From Ruditapes philippinarum (lineage: Eukaryota): a DNA stretch of 64,000 bases. The position numbers and the translations under genes are program-made. The stretch spans positions 1-64,000 of the forward strand of contig NW_026865226.1 in NCBI RefSeq assembly GCF_026571515.1. Reading direction: 5' to 3'. The notes under the pieces are model-generated. The model worked only from the letters and a program-made list of their open reading frames with translations, did not search any database and had not been told where the DNA came from. This document shows positions 34,175-46,309 of the stretch, one piece after another; the first letter of the stretch is position 1, and each line of letters starts with the position of its first letter.

Positions 34175-36904
34175 GAAATGACTCCTTTTAACGCGTAATT
34201 AAAATTAACATTTCTTTTGTTTTTATTTATTGTATTTATTCCGTTTTATTTAGTTTTTCTGTTTTCAATATTGTCACGTTTACTCTATCATAATTTTTTT
34301 CTTTAATTTGAGAATTTTAACACGCATTAAGACTCTTATTATAACGTTCTTAATTAATTAATTCAAACATTCATTCATTCATTCAATCTTAACTTTGTCT
34401 TATTTACGCAACCCCGAGTACCCGCTGATTGGTCAATTTCTGCTAGCATTTGAATGGTTTACAATTTTAAATTTCCGAATTCATTCTGTTTTGAAACTTT
34501 TTGAATTAGTAATCAGAAAGCGTCATTTCTGAACCGATCAAAATTTAGTATATCCCCCTTTTGTTAATCTTTACCGTCATTTTCTGCGCACTCCTTGATT
34601 TCAATTTCAAGTAGTTGGTTATTAAACGCAAATATTATCAATAAATTATATTGACTAATTCCTTAAAACTCTGGCTTAGTTCACAATACCCACATTCAAA
34701 AAAATTAGATTACTTTTCTTATAATGCACATTTAATATAATAATATGGCTTTATTAACGATAAGCGTTAATTTCTGCGCACTCCATGGTGTTATGATACG
34801 CGTGTTATTCTATTAATAATACAATACACACCAAAACGTAAGTAATTATATTATATTGCCGATTTGTTGCGCAAAAACGGTTGACTATTATTTTTCTTCA
34901 TTTTTTGGTTTTATATGAAAATTAAGTTTATGTAGCATCGAATTCATCTACTTAAGTCAAGTCATTACCATAATTTAAATCAATACTTTGAATTACCAGA
35001 CAATAAAACGGAATTTAATGAATACAACATTTTTACTGAGATTAGAAAATGTATCCATCATTCATGCTATAAAGCATATTTAGATTTAGATTCTTTTAGA
35101 GGTTATTTATTTCGTACTTTGGTATAAATAATAATCAGTTATATATTTTTTACCGCATTGTAATCTATTCAAAAGTGATATTCTGTAAAACAAACAGTAT
35201 TTAATATTTAAAATGTGACCAAAATCATAATTCATTATGTAAATTACACATACTTAAAACGTAAATATATTTGCTAAAATATCGCATTTTAATATTTTCT
35301 CATCGAAAAGTACAGTAGTTCAGTGTTATCATTTATACCTTATAAGAAACTATTCAAGAGGGATATCAGTATTCTGTATAACAAACAACATTTAATATCA
35401 AATTTGATCAAACCTTCAACCATATTTATTCTTCTTATTAGACCAAAAATTATAACGCTTTTATTTTATTCAAATTTGACATAATAATTACGGGTTTTAA
35501 TATAAATTTACCAGCACAAAAATTCTATTCTATTTTTTCCAAAAGCAATCATTTTATATATAATTTTAATAACCATTCCAAAATTCCCTCCCTTTGTCAT
35601 TATTATAATACACGTTTAACTAACAATACACCTATGTTCGTATTCTTATCCCCTTCGTTATAAAACGCGTTTATATAATACACACTACTTGATTAGGTAT
35701 CTTCGTATATACTTTAAATCAAAACCAACAAGAATTGCGGAATGCCATTCAAACTATAATCCAAAATAATCTCGCGCATACGCAGTGAGTGGGGTAAAGT
35801 GACCCCTTTACTACTCAACAGAAACTCGGGCTTTTTATATGATTAACAGCTGATTCTTTAAACACGGCCTTATACAGAAACGATCAGACAAACAAGGTAA
35901 CTAGTGTAATGTAAACAATCTAAAGATAATGACCGAGGTTCGCCTACTGCTTTAAACAAGGTAGCAGACGATTATTTCTCTAAAATAAATGGGATTATTT
36001 TAATTCTAACATGATATGAAACAATGTATCGCTGTAGAGAACTATTTACTTGTTGTAAAAATATATATCTACAGATAAACTGACAGCGTAAATGTATGCA
36101 AATATATGATAGCAATACACAATAATAACACTAGTAATAAGATTAAATTATTAAAATCACCAAATGGTTTAAGGGCCTTAAATCTGTCTAATCGAATTTT
36201 ATTGTAAATATATTCAGTATTTATCGGGTAACTTAGATAAATTATACGAAACTGTTGACATGTTTATTGAAATATAATAAAAAAAGGAACATATATCGCA
36301 AAGGTAATACTTTTTTCTTACATTTTATTTGTTACCATGAAAGCAGACATGGTAAGTTTTAAAGATTTTTGACAGGTTCCTTATATAGCGGTCGTTTGTT
36401 TGTATTTTTAACCAGAGCCACCAGAATCTGTCAAAAATCTTTCCTATACAACGAACTTTCTTTGAAAATTATTTCATAAAATGACAGCAGCCATGTGTAT
36501 AGTTTGTATAAACGTCACGATTTAAGCTATGAAAACCGAAGTTATAAACGCGCAGTATCATAAAGACATATTTTTAACATTTGTTCACCAGCTATTATTT
36601 ATTAAGAGGGAGTTGAATTTTCGTGAAATTAGCCAGACAGCCGGAGCAGCCGGAACAAATGTTTGTCTAGTCCGGCTGTGCCGGCTACTCCGCCTAGCAG
36701 GAATCCGGTTCCAGCTGAATCGACTAGCAAGAGAATATATAGTTAAACCTTTCGCAAAAGACCATTGGTTTATTCCATAATGTAGTTTAAAAATATTAAC
36801 AAGGATCACCTTGATCTCTGGCTATTCCGAAAATTAATGCTATCTAAGATATAAAATAGTTTATACGAAAACAGATTTATAAATATTTGTTTCGTGCAAG
36901 TTGT

Positions 36905-37490
36905 GATCGTGTGTCCGCGGGTATAGATGTATCCGTTTGGAAGATTCTGGTACTTTGCAAACGTTGAGCCAAAAATCGTTCCATAGACGGTAATTTCAGC
37001 TCATATCTGGTCAATTCAAGTGGGCCCCCTTGAGGCCCAGCCTCAATTCCACAGAACCCCATATAGTGGGATGGTTAGGGGGTCTGACAAGGTGTCCTCG
37101 GGTATAGGTGTGACCGTCAGGAATTCTCTGGTATTTCGCCGACATTGAGCTAAAAATCGTAACATAGACGGCCATTTCAGCTCATATCTGGCCTATTTCG
37201 GCTGGCCCCTGTGAGGCCCAGCCTCAATTCCAAAGAACCCAATATGGTGGGATGGTAAGGGGGTCGGACCGTATGTCCGCGGGTAAAGGTGTGTCCGTCG
37301 GGAATACTCTGGTATTTTGTCGACGTTGAGCCATAAATCGTACAATAGACGGTCATTTCAGCTCATATCTGGCCAATTCTGACTGACCCCTGTGAAACCA
37401 CGCCTCAATTCCGCAGAACCCCATATAGTGGAATGGTTAAGAGGTTTGACCGTTTGTCTGCGGGTTTTGGTGTCGGGAATACTCTGGCAT
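36905..37490 (+). repeat. GC-richer satellite, about 181-bp unit, about 3.2 copies
   Basis: gtgtccgcgggtatag... recurs at ~36910, 37092, 37273 and 37453. Confidence 0.9.
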
Positions 37491-38053
37491 CCTGCCTGCT
37501 TTTGTAAAAACATTTCATTGTCATTACCGCCAAGTTAACCTTCTTTTTACTATTGTGTTCGTTTCTTTAGAATTTAACCTTGAGTAAATAGATTTCACCT
37601 AAAAGACAAGATAACGACATATTTACAAATAATATTAACATCAAGTAAGCCTTTTTTGTACCATAGATAAACTTTGAAAATAAACATGTGCAATGAAAAT
37701 ATCTTGAAAAATAGTTTCGCACCTCCTTTTTATCACTATTCAGATTGTCCAGTAAACTTTTTAAATTAAAAAGCAAATTTACAAATTAGAACAGACATTA
37801 ATATATCACATGTTCTGTCTCAAAATATATTAAGGAACACCAATATTGTCCCAATAAGTTTAAAGACGATTCTTACCACAGAAATTTGAAGTAAATCTTT
37901 TTCAGTATAATTTAGGGTATTTTATCTCCATTTTCTCCTTTCTGTCCAGTATTTAATTTCTTTTTAATTCTTTGTTTTCATGATTTTTCGTTTTGAGTTT
38001 GTTCTTATTTGTTCTTCACTTCGACGAAATTTTCATAAACCGAATACTTTTTA

Positions 38054-39148
38054 AAACAAGAGCCCGGTTTGAGCGGGGTGATGCTCCCCGAATAGGTTTT
38101 GGACACAGGAAAGTACACCTCTTGTAGTTTCAGAGTTATGTCCCTGGAAAAAGTTCAAAGTGCAAAGTGCAATAATTCCAAAATTAAGCAAGGCAGAGTA
38201 ACTGTTCTTTGCACTGCACTTCTAATCAATGTGATCAATCAACCTACAAAGTTTATTGATGATATCTCTTATGATTTCCGAGTTATGTCCCGAACAACTT
38301 CAAAAAGTAAAGATAAACAAAGGGCAATTACTCCAGAATTAGGCAAGTAAGTGTTATGATTCTTGTGCTCTGCACATCTACCCGTTGATATGTATCTACC
38401 TACAAAGTTTCATGTTGATATCTCTTATAGTTTTACAGCTATGTCCTGGACAAGATTTTTCTAAAAGGGGAGATAATTCAAAAATGAGGCTTAACAGAGT
38501 TATGGTTCTTTTGCACTGTACCTTTACTCAATGAGATCTATCTACCTACTATGTTTCATCTTGATAGCTCTTATAGTTTTAGAGTTATGTTCCGGACAAA
38601 GTTCAAAGTGTTAAAATTAACAAAGAGAAAGAACTCCAAAATTAGGACAAAAAGAGTAATTGTTCTTATTCACTACACATCTACCCATTGAGATCTATTC
38701 ACCTACAAAGTTTCATGTTGATATCTCTTATAGTTTAAGAGTTATGCCCCGGACAAGATTTTTCTATAAGGGGAGATAATTCAAAAACCGGGCATAATAG
38801 AGTTATGATTCTTTGAAACTGCACTCCCCTCGATGCCCTCTACCACTGTATGAAGTTTCAACAAATTATCTCCAAGGGTTTTCAAGTTATGCTCCGGACA
38901 AGACATACAACGGACAGACGTACCAATTTTTCAGGTTTATGAGCTATTTCTATTGTTCTTTTCTTTTGTTTCCTTGTGGCCTAACTATTGTTTCATATTG
39001 AGCTAACTATTATTTACGGAATGAAGTCCTTTGTTCTCTTTTGTCACAGTGTACCGTTAGTTAGCTCATATACCTAAAATGTTTCTGCGGACAGACGGAC
39101 AAGGCGCCGACTATATGCTCCCCTGAAATTTTTCGGGGACCATAAAAA
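38054..39148 (-). mobile_element. HINE/Helentron-type element with about 150-bp alternating repeats
   Basis: Starts aacaagagccc...; units with agagttatgtccggaca; ggacagacggac microsatellite and terminal stem-loop atgctcccctgaaatttttcggggaccat. Confidence 0.82.
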
Positions 39149-40037
39149 TATTAATTTAAAATGTGTTGCTGCAAAATTACATTAAACTCAATTTTAGCTA
39201 CTATCCAACAAATTGTGGTATTGGCGTTTTTAAAATAAAATGTCATCAAAAGACAAAATTTCACGACAGGCTGGTACATTATTATTGAACAACAAGAAGG
39301 TGATTAATACATGTCCTATTCGACAAAAAAGTAAAGTTTTTGCAATGTTTATCATGCTGTCATTTTAAACCGTTGCAACGTTTTATTTTGGAAATATTGA
39401 CTAAAATTATAAACACAACAGTTGACTGGGTGCAAGTTGATCCGTTAGTTGCGGGTTGAGCATTTGTGCGCTTGGTAAGGTTTTTAATTGCTGCACAATT
39501 TATCGACATAAAGAGGAACATATCTCAATATTCCGGTATAAAACTAACATTAATATAGTAAGGTCTACCTGTATCAATCTGTCCTATTTACTACATGTTC
39601 ACGGGTGTGATAACAGGGGTGTTTATATCCCAAGTGAAACATAACAACCGTTAGGTCACAGTAATCTCTTGAAAACTGCAATGTTTACTTCTATGCCTTT
39701 TAAATAACTGTAAAGAGATATGTTGAAATAAACCCATTTTGTGTGGGAAATTAACTTAAGCTTTAAGAACGAAGTACACGATAATTATATGCCCAAGTAC
39801 ACAATAAATATATGCTTAAAATGATTTTTATTAGTTAAATTTATAACAAAAGAAAAAAATATTAACGGGGAAAGACAGCGAAGGTTAACATGGTCACCTT
39901 AAAATAAATAAATAAATAACATCTAACATGGCTTGATTTTAATAATAGTTTGTAACTCCATCTCTTCTGCGGCAATCCCAGCAAGATTATTATTGATACA
40001 ATTTAACTAGGAATATACTGACCGGTCCGATAAAAAC

Positions 40038-40888
40038 CATAGGAACTCGAGTACGGGACCGCTGATTGCGGCGCACATTTTCGATCGTGTAACGGTTTTT
40101 AAAAACGTTTCTGCTACATCTAAATATATTTAAGCATAATCCGAGCATATGGCCTCAAACAATATATTATCACTTGAACCCAATCTGTTACTTTTAAAAC
40201 TAGTCAAATTTTACTGTATTATAAAAAAAGACAAGGAGTGACATCCGCCATTTGCCGCAACGTTCGGCATGAGTTTTCCCCCTTTGGCTACACTTGATTA
40301 CTATTTTTTCAGAATTTTGTTCCCGTTATCGTTGTCAACTATCAGGTATCGTAACGGTTTATTGTTTACACGTGTTGACATGCACTAGTGTTTGACATGT
40401 ATAGTCGGCATTATAACGGGCGTATTCGTGTTATGATTTGTTTACATGGAGAAAACAGACACTTTAGTAATATGGTCTAATAGATTTTGCGTAACTGAAA
40501 AAAAGGAATATTAAAACATGATCCATAGATAAATATTCAAGGCACTCATCTGGTATTCCTTATTAGGAAATGTGAAAGTTTCCCATGTATTGAGTGACAT
40601 AAAGAGAGTACTAGAAAAATTAAAACAAAAATCAAGCATATCAAGGGGGATAACTTACGCCGAACGTTGCGGCAAATGGCGGATGTCACTCCTTTTCTTT
40701 TTTCAATATACCGTAAATTTGACTGATTTTTTAATTAGCAGATTATACTAAATTGAGATAAGATAATTAAAGACCATCCGCTCGTATAATATAAAAAGAT
40801 ATTCAAAGGTCGGACAAACAATATGTAAAGCTGGTACGGATTCGGATTTATGCGCCGCAATATGCGGTCCTGTTCCAGAGTTCCTATG
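40038..40888. mobile_element. MITE with about 250-bp imperfect TIRs and 8-bp TSD (P-like or hAT)
   Basis: Termini CATAGGAACTC / GAGTTCCTATG; TSD ATAAAAAC (40030-40037, 40889-40896); near-perfect inner inverted block aaggagtgacatccgccatttgccgcaacgttcggc. Confidence 0.9.
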
Positions 40889-41199
40889 ATAAAAACATGC
40901 CTTTAGTCACTACTCGACTTTTATACAATTGAATACTTTATAATGGAACTGCTTGTCAGAAAGTTATTGGTCTTTATGTTGGAAAAAAATTATTTTTCAG
41001 TCATTTCCTACATGAAGTTTCGGTTTTTGATAGTGAAAAACGGACGACACCATGATTAAACACAATATATACATTGAGCTTGCTAGATAATCTCTTTAAA
41101 AGATTGTAAAATAATTGGGTGGTGTATTGACTGTGCTTATCATTTTACCACATACTTCTTTCATGCAAATGTCCTTGAACATAACGGTATCTAAAGAAT

Positions 41200-43040
41200 T
41201 TTCATAAAGACATTGAGATTTCGATAATACACAACACAGTGACGTTATGTTTAAATGTCGACAAAATACCAGTCTTTATCTAACGGTCTAACTTGTACCA
41301 GCAAAAAAAGGTCTTTACCTTTGCAAATAGTTAACACAATAACATGCCAACACATGTGGTTCTGCAGAATTGAGCCTATAACTCACAGAAACAAATCGGA
41401 ATTTGCGACATTTGAGCTAAAATGACTACATTACTAGAAAAAACAGCAGACACACATCGGATCCTTTAATACCTCAGACCACCTTCTTATATCCTCGGGC
41501 TCATCTTCGCGAATTCACGATTGCAACTTCTCGAATGCACGATTTCAACTTTGTTATTCACGATGAATTCACAATTTCAACTGTATGACGATTTAAACTT
41601 CATCAATTCAAGATTTCAACTTCACGAATTCACGATTTAAACATCACGAATACACAAATTCAATTATATGACGATTTCAACTTCATGATTTCATGAATTC
41701 ACGATTTCAACTTCACGTATTCAAGATTTCAACTTTACGTATTCAAGATTTCAACTTCAAGAATTCAACTTTACGACTTCAAATCCGTGAATACACGATT
41801 TAAACGTCCTGAAAGTGAAATCTTGAATTGGTGCAGTTGAAATCGTGAATTCGTGAATTCCGTATGTTAAGTCAAAATCTTTCATTCATGAAGTTAAAAT
41901 TTTGATTTCATAAAGTTGAAATCGTGAATTCGTAAGGTTGAAATAGTAAATTCACGAAGTTGAAATCGTGAAGTTTAAATGATAAAATTTTGATTTTATG
42001 GAGTTTAAATTGTGAATTTGTGAAGTTGAAAGAGTGAATTCGTGAAGTTAAAACAGTGAATTTGTGAAGTTAAAATCGTGAAACTGAAATCGTTAATTCG
42101 TGATGTTGGTATGTTGCAAATGTAAATTCACGAAGTAAAATATGTGAATTCACGAGTTTAAGATGAAATAAGGTTTTCATGAAGTTGTCCGAACCAGCCT
42201 TTCATGCCTAATCATAAAACGTGGAACTCGGCTTTGGGATCACAGATTCAAGTTGAAAATGGCGAGATTTTAGCAGATATAACAGGCTTTATTCGGCTAA
42301 TTGTCCGCCCAAAATAGAGGATTCCAAAAAGTGCTCAAAGTAAATTGACGAGATATGAGCTGATATGACCATTTACCGTTCGATTTTTGGCTAAACGTCG
42401 GAAAAATACCAGAGTATTCGCGACGCAGACACCCAAGCAGAACGCTTAACCATCTCGCAATATTGAAGAATTGAGTCTATGGCTCACAAGGGGCAGCCAG
42501 AAATGTCGAGATATAAGCTGAAAACACCATTTTTCGACGGACACACGTATACCATCAACACTTACAATGCCAAAATATGGGATTCCGCGAAATAGAGCGT
42601 GTGCACACAGGTGCTAGTCAGAAATTGCGGGATATGAGCTAAAAGAAGTATTTACAGTTCAATTTTCGGTTCAACGTTGGAAAAATACCAGAGATATCAA
42701 GACGGCCACATCTAGATCTATACTAGCGGACACACAATCAGATCCCCAAACCATCCCACTATATTAGGTACTGCAGAATTGAGGCTTGGGCTCACAGGGG
42801 CTAGCTGTAACAGTGTATAAGCTTAAATGATCATTTATAATACGGTTTTCAGTTAAACTCGGCAAAATAACACATCTATACTAGTGGATACACAGGCAGA
42901 TCGATTAACCATCCCACCACATGGAATTCTTTGGAATCAAGGCGTGGGCTCACAGGGCTAACCGGATGAGGCGATATATGAGTTTTAATGGTCATTTATA
43001 GACGATTTTCGGCTACATGTCGACAAAATACTGGTAGATT
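41200..43040 (-). repeat. Decayed inverted copies of the 181-bp satellite
   Basis: aaaataccagagtattc, gatatgagctga, gaattgaggcttgggctcacagggg are reverse complements of motifs in 36905-37490. Confidence 0.75.
41505..42160. repeat. Foldback of about 22-bp repeats (direct in the left arm, inverted in the right arm)
   Basis: cacgaattcacgatttcaactt units to ~41805, then aagttgaaatcgtgaattcgtg units. Confidence 0.88.
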
Positions 43041-43478
43041 CTTAGAGTGTTGAATTATATTTTTCCGGATTGTAGCAGGGATCCAGGGGCAGGGTGGGGT
43101 GCGGTGTCCAAACACTGACAATGCCACCTGTGAGGAAATCAAGTTGAAAATCGAATTAAGTGTAAAAAGGAAAGGGACAACTAAACACTGAGCTTATGGG
43201 TCATGTAGAAGTGACATGAGATACCCTGACAAGCCAGAAATGGAACTCTTTTTCATACGATTTCCGAAAATAAAGACGTCGGAGAAATGCACTCGCTTGG
43301 CAAAAAACAACAACAAAAACTAAAGAAAACATCATATTGTTAGTTATTAAAAATATAGCTAAACCATCATTTGCCGATGAAATTAGGGGCCTAGTATATT
43401 TATGGTAATTTAGTATTTGAACGGAAGTCAAAATACTACAATCACATTTTGCTACTTTTATGACAAATCATTTCATAT

Positions 43479-43900
43479 GTGGCACGATAGCTCAGTTGAT
43501 TAGGGTGGCGCGATAGCTCAGTCGGTTAAAATATGATAAACAAGATCAACAAGGAAAGGAAAACCACTGGCTGTCACTCCTGAGGTCCCGGTTCGATCTT
43601 GGTATTATTGGATTTTTCAGGGACACTTTCAGTGTTTCCCACCTAACTAGAGGTGTACTGGTATGAAATCCAGGTAATCCTCGCATGTATCATCAGTGCT
43701 ATACACTAGGCATGTAAAAGAATCAAGGGGTTTTTTTTTTCAAAAAGAGCTAGGGACTGGTTCCCGGATTCCCTCGTATCTCATAGCTGTCTCTGAAGTA
43801 ACTAGTCTAGAGTCATGTCTACCAAGTCGGCCAAAGAAGGCCAGCTTAGCATTCTTGATGATGTTCCGGCCTGAATACTACATTACATTATTACATAACA
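43479..43900 (+). mobile_element. tRNA-derived SINE (Meta-domain-like) with a duplicated A box and a 32-bp insertion
   Basis: gatagctcagt twice, B box ggttcgatc, tatacactaggcatgtaaaagaatc-like core, (tacat)n tail. Confidence 0.75.
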
Positions 43901-44595
43901 AATTCATCTCAACTTTTTTCAGGTAACATTTGACCTATTCCTTTCCATTAAACCAATTCTTTCCCAGCCATTTTACGCTTCCGTAAAATCCTCACTTGTA
44001 AAACTATGTAATGATATTGCCTATAGGAGCTCTATATTGATTTTGTAATCGATATGCCGGTGTATGGTGACAGTGACACATGAAATACTTGTTTAATCAA
44101 GAGCAAGCGTCTCATTGGTATAACATTTTGAAATGTGTTAGTTATAATTCTTTTACCTAAATGTTAAATATGAATATAACTCATGACTGGTATAAAATAT
44201 ACGTATGTTTCTAATTAGACCACTTCTTAACAGAAAAGGAGTCAAAATATGATAAACAAGATCAACAAGGAAAGGCGGCGTTCAATGAACGCAACCCCCA
44301 TACGACCCAGCAACAAGAACCAGTGGCAAGGAGCCCAGGCGGACCCCAAACAAAAACAGGACAGGGCACAAGACAGAGCACGGACAGGTTAATCACTAAA
44401 TGATAAATAATAAATAACTGATTAGAAATTCAAAGAAAAAAAATAAATGAATGAAGTTCGTCCCATTTAACTGATTTTATGATATCATTGATTTAAAAGT
44501 TTTTTTAAAAGACTAAGAAAAGACAGTATTTGCTATTTGTAATGTCTGTAACTTGGTGTCTTCCTTAATATGTTAAATCTGGAGGTACGTCTTTG

Positions 44596-44626
<31 letters not shown>

Positions 44627-45920
44627 AATCCATCACATATGCTAATACACTACAAATTGCATATGGACTTCTGTAAAATTCATTTACATATAGCATATCG
44701 ATTTTAATATATTATCTTATTTACAACATAAATTTTGAATTCCATGTCGGATTTGTTTTATATGTTATTTGGTTTTGGAGTGATATATGTGGATATATAT
44801 TTTACTATCAGGCGGGGGTGATATTTTATCTTGGCAGCTAATATATCCACTATATCATTACAAAAACAAAAATTATAACTTTACAACCCTTCCCTTGCCG
44901 AGTAAGAAGATTATCACATAAATCATTGCAGTTTCAATTGAAACTATGAAATAAGATTCCCTTTAGGGCACGCCTTCACCACAACCTGACGTCACATAAA
45001 TACAGGAAGTACTTGCTTCCGTACCTAGCGAATGTAAACAAGAGCAAAGGAGTAGTCTGTTGAAGAAACTTATTTGTAATAGTATCAAGCTTTGACGAGG
45101 TCATATTTGTTTTCAATAATGATAAGAATATTGATCATTACTCTATTTTGGTAAATATTTTTTGTTTGACAGTTAAAATTTGCTCGTTTATCGGAATTCA
45201 CACGGCGAAAAATCGAACCGTACGCGCATCGCCACAGCGCATGTTGTTTACAACGTGGGGTACCCAATGGGGTGATTTAGTGATATATGGCTTGGTAATA
45301 TCAATTTCTTTTAACGAATCAATATCCAATCAAAAGGGGGGGGATCTGGAAAGGTTATAGAGCAATATATTTTTAAATCAGTCTCACAAAATAACTTACC
45401 TTATAATATATGTGTTTTCTTTTAATTCAAGCCAGCCGTATTGCTCATCCTTGCTTGACATTTATGGACGAGTAGATGATATCATTGACTCTTAGGAACT
45501 TAACAATCACTCCTGTGGATTTTACAAGTTTCGACAGCTTTCAAAGACTTGTGTTTCTGCAACAGTGCTTGAGTGTGCGGGAATTCGATATTCATCGTAG
45601 GAAAAACAACTTTTCATTTGTTTGATATAAAACTAAAGGATTACAACGGAAAAAAATATTTATGAGGCAAATAATAGTAAGTGATTGGTTTTAAATCAAA
45701 ATAGCAATATTTATTGCTGAAGATTAAGAAAATGTAACAGGGTGTATCGTATTTTAAAGCTATCAGTTTGTATATCAAGGGACGGAAACGGATATCAATG
45801 AAGGCAACTAGGTTGGAAAGTCGTAACATTTTATTAATTGATATCATTAGTCCCCTTTTTCAAAACTGAATTCCAAACTAAACACAATCTGGTAAAGATA
45901 CATAAGTAACACTATACAGA

Positions 45921-46309
45921 ATGGCAAAAAACAAGACAATTAATGAACCAGAACACACGGCGTCTGAAATAAGTGGCTTTATAAGCGTTCGAGGTCAGTC
46001 ACACTCGGGCAGCGTCTCAAAGGAACCGGAAGATTATCTGTATGTTTCTTCTAAAGTTATGTCTTCGATTATGAGAAGATGGGATATGGAGACACCTATA
46101 GCCTCTCCCTTGTGTGAATCACAGTGTGAATCATCTCCAATAGCTGACATGTGTACATTCTGTGCATCAAAGGGAATAGGTATAATCGCAACACATATAT
46201 GTCGAGACTGCAGCCAGTATGGAAGATACTTTTGTCAAAAGTGCTGGTACTGTCACAATAAGTTCTTACCCACTCATGATACACTATCACTTTCCGTTAG
46301 CAGTGAGAG
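45921..46309 (+). CDS. Copy 2 first coding exon with a B-box-type zinc finger
   Basis: ATG at 45921; CTFC-x12-CRDC-x7-CQKCWYCH-x6-H; donor ag|gtacgt. Confidence 0.82.

Larger units (their letters stand above)
33024..35815 (-). mobile_element. Maverick/Polinton relic: about 700-bp inverted arms around an adenain-type protease remnant, one intact terminus
   Basis: 33024-33745 is a diverged reverse complement of 34175-34828; the spacer encodes a C5-like protease; the right end ...GACCCCTTTACTACT reads AGTAGTAAAGGGGTC on the minus strand. Confidence 0.75.

Noticed and set aside
44985-45030. CRE (TGACGTCA) + GGAAG cluster as the promoter of copy 2
   Set aside because: It lies in a MITE-like segment, such motifs are common in local repeats, and there are no TSS data.
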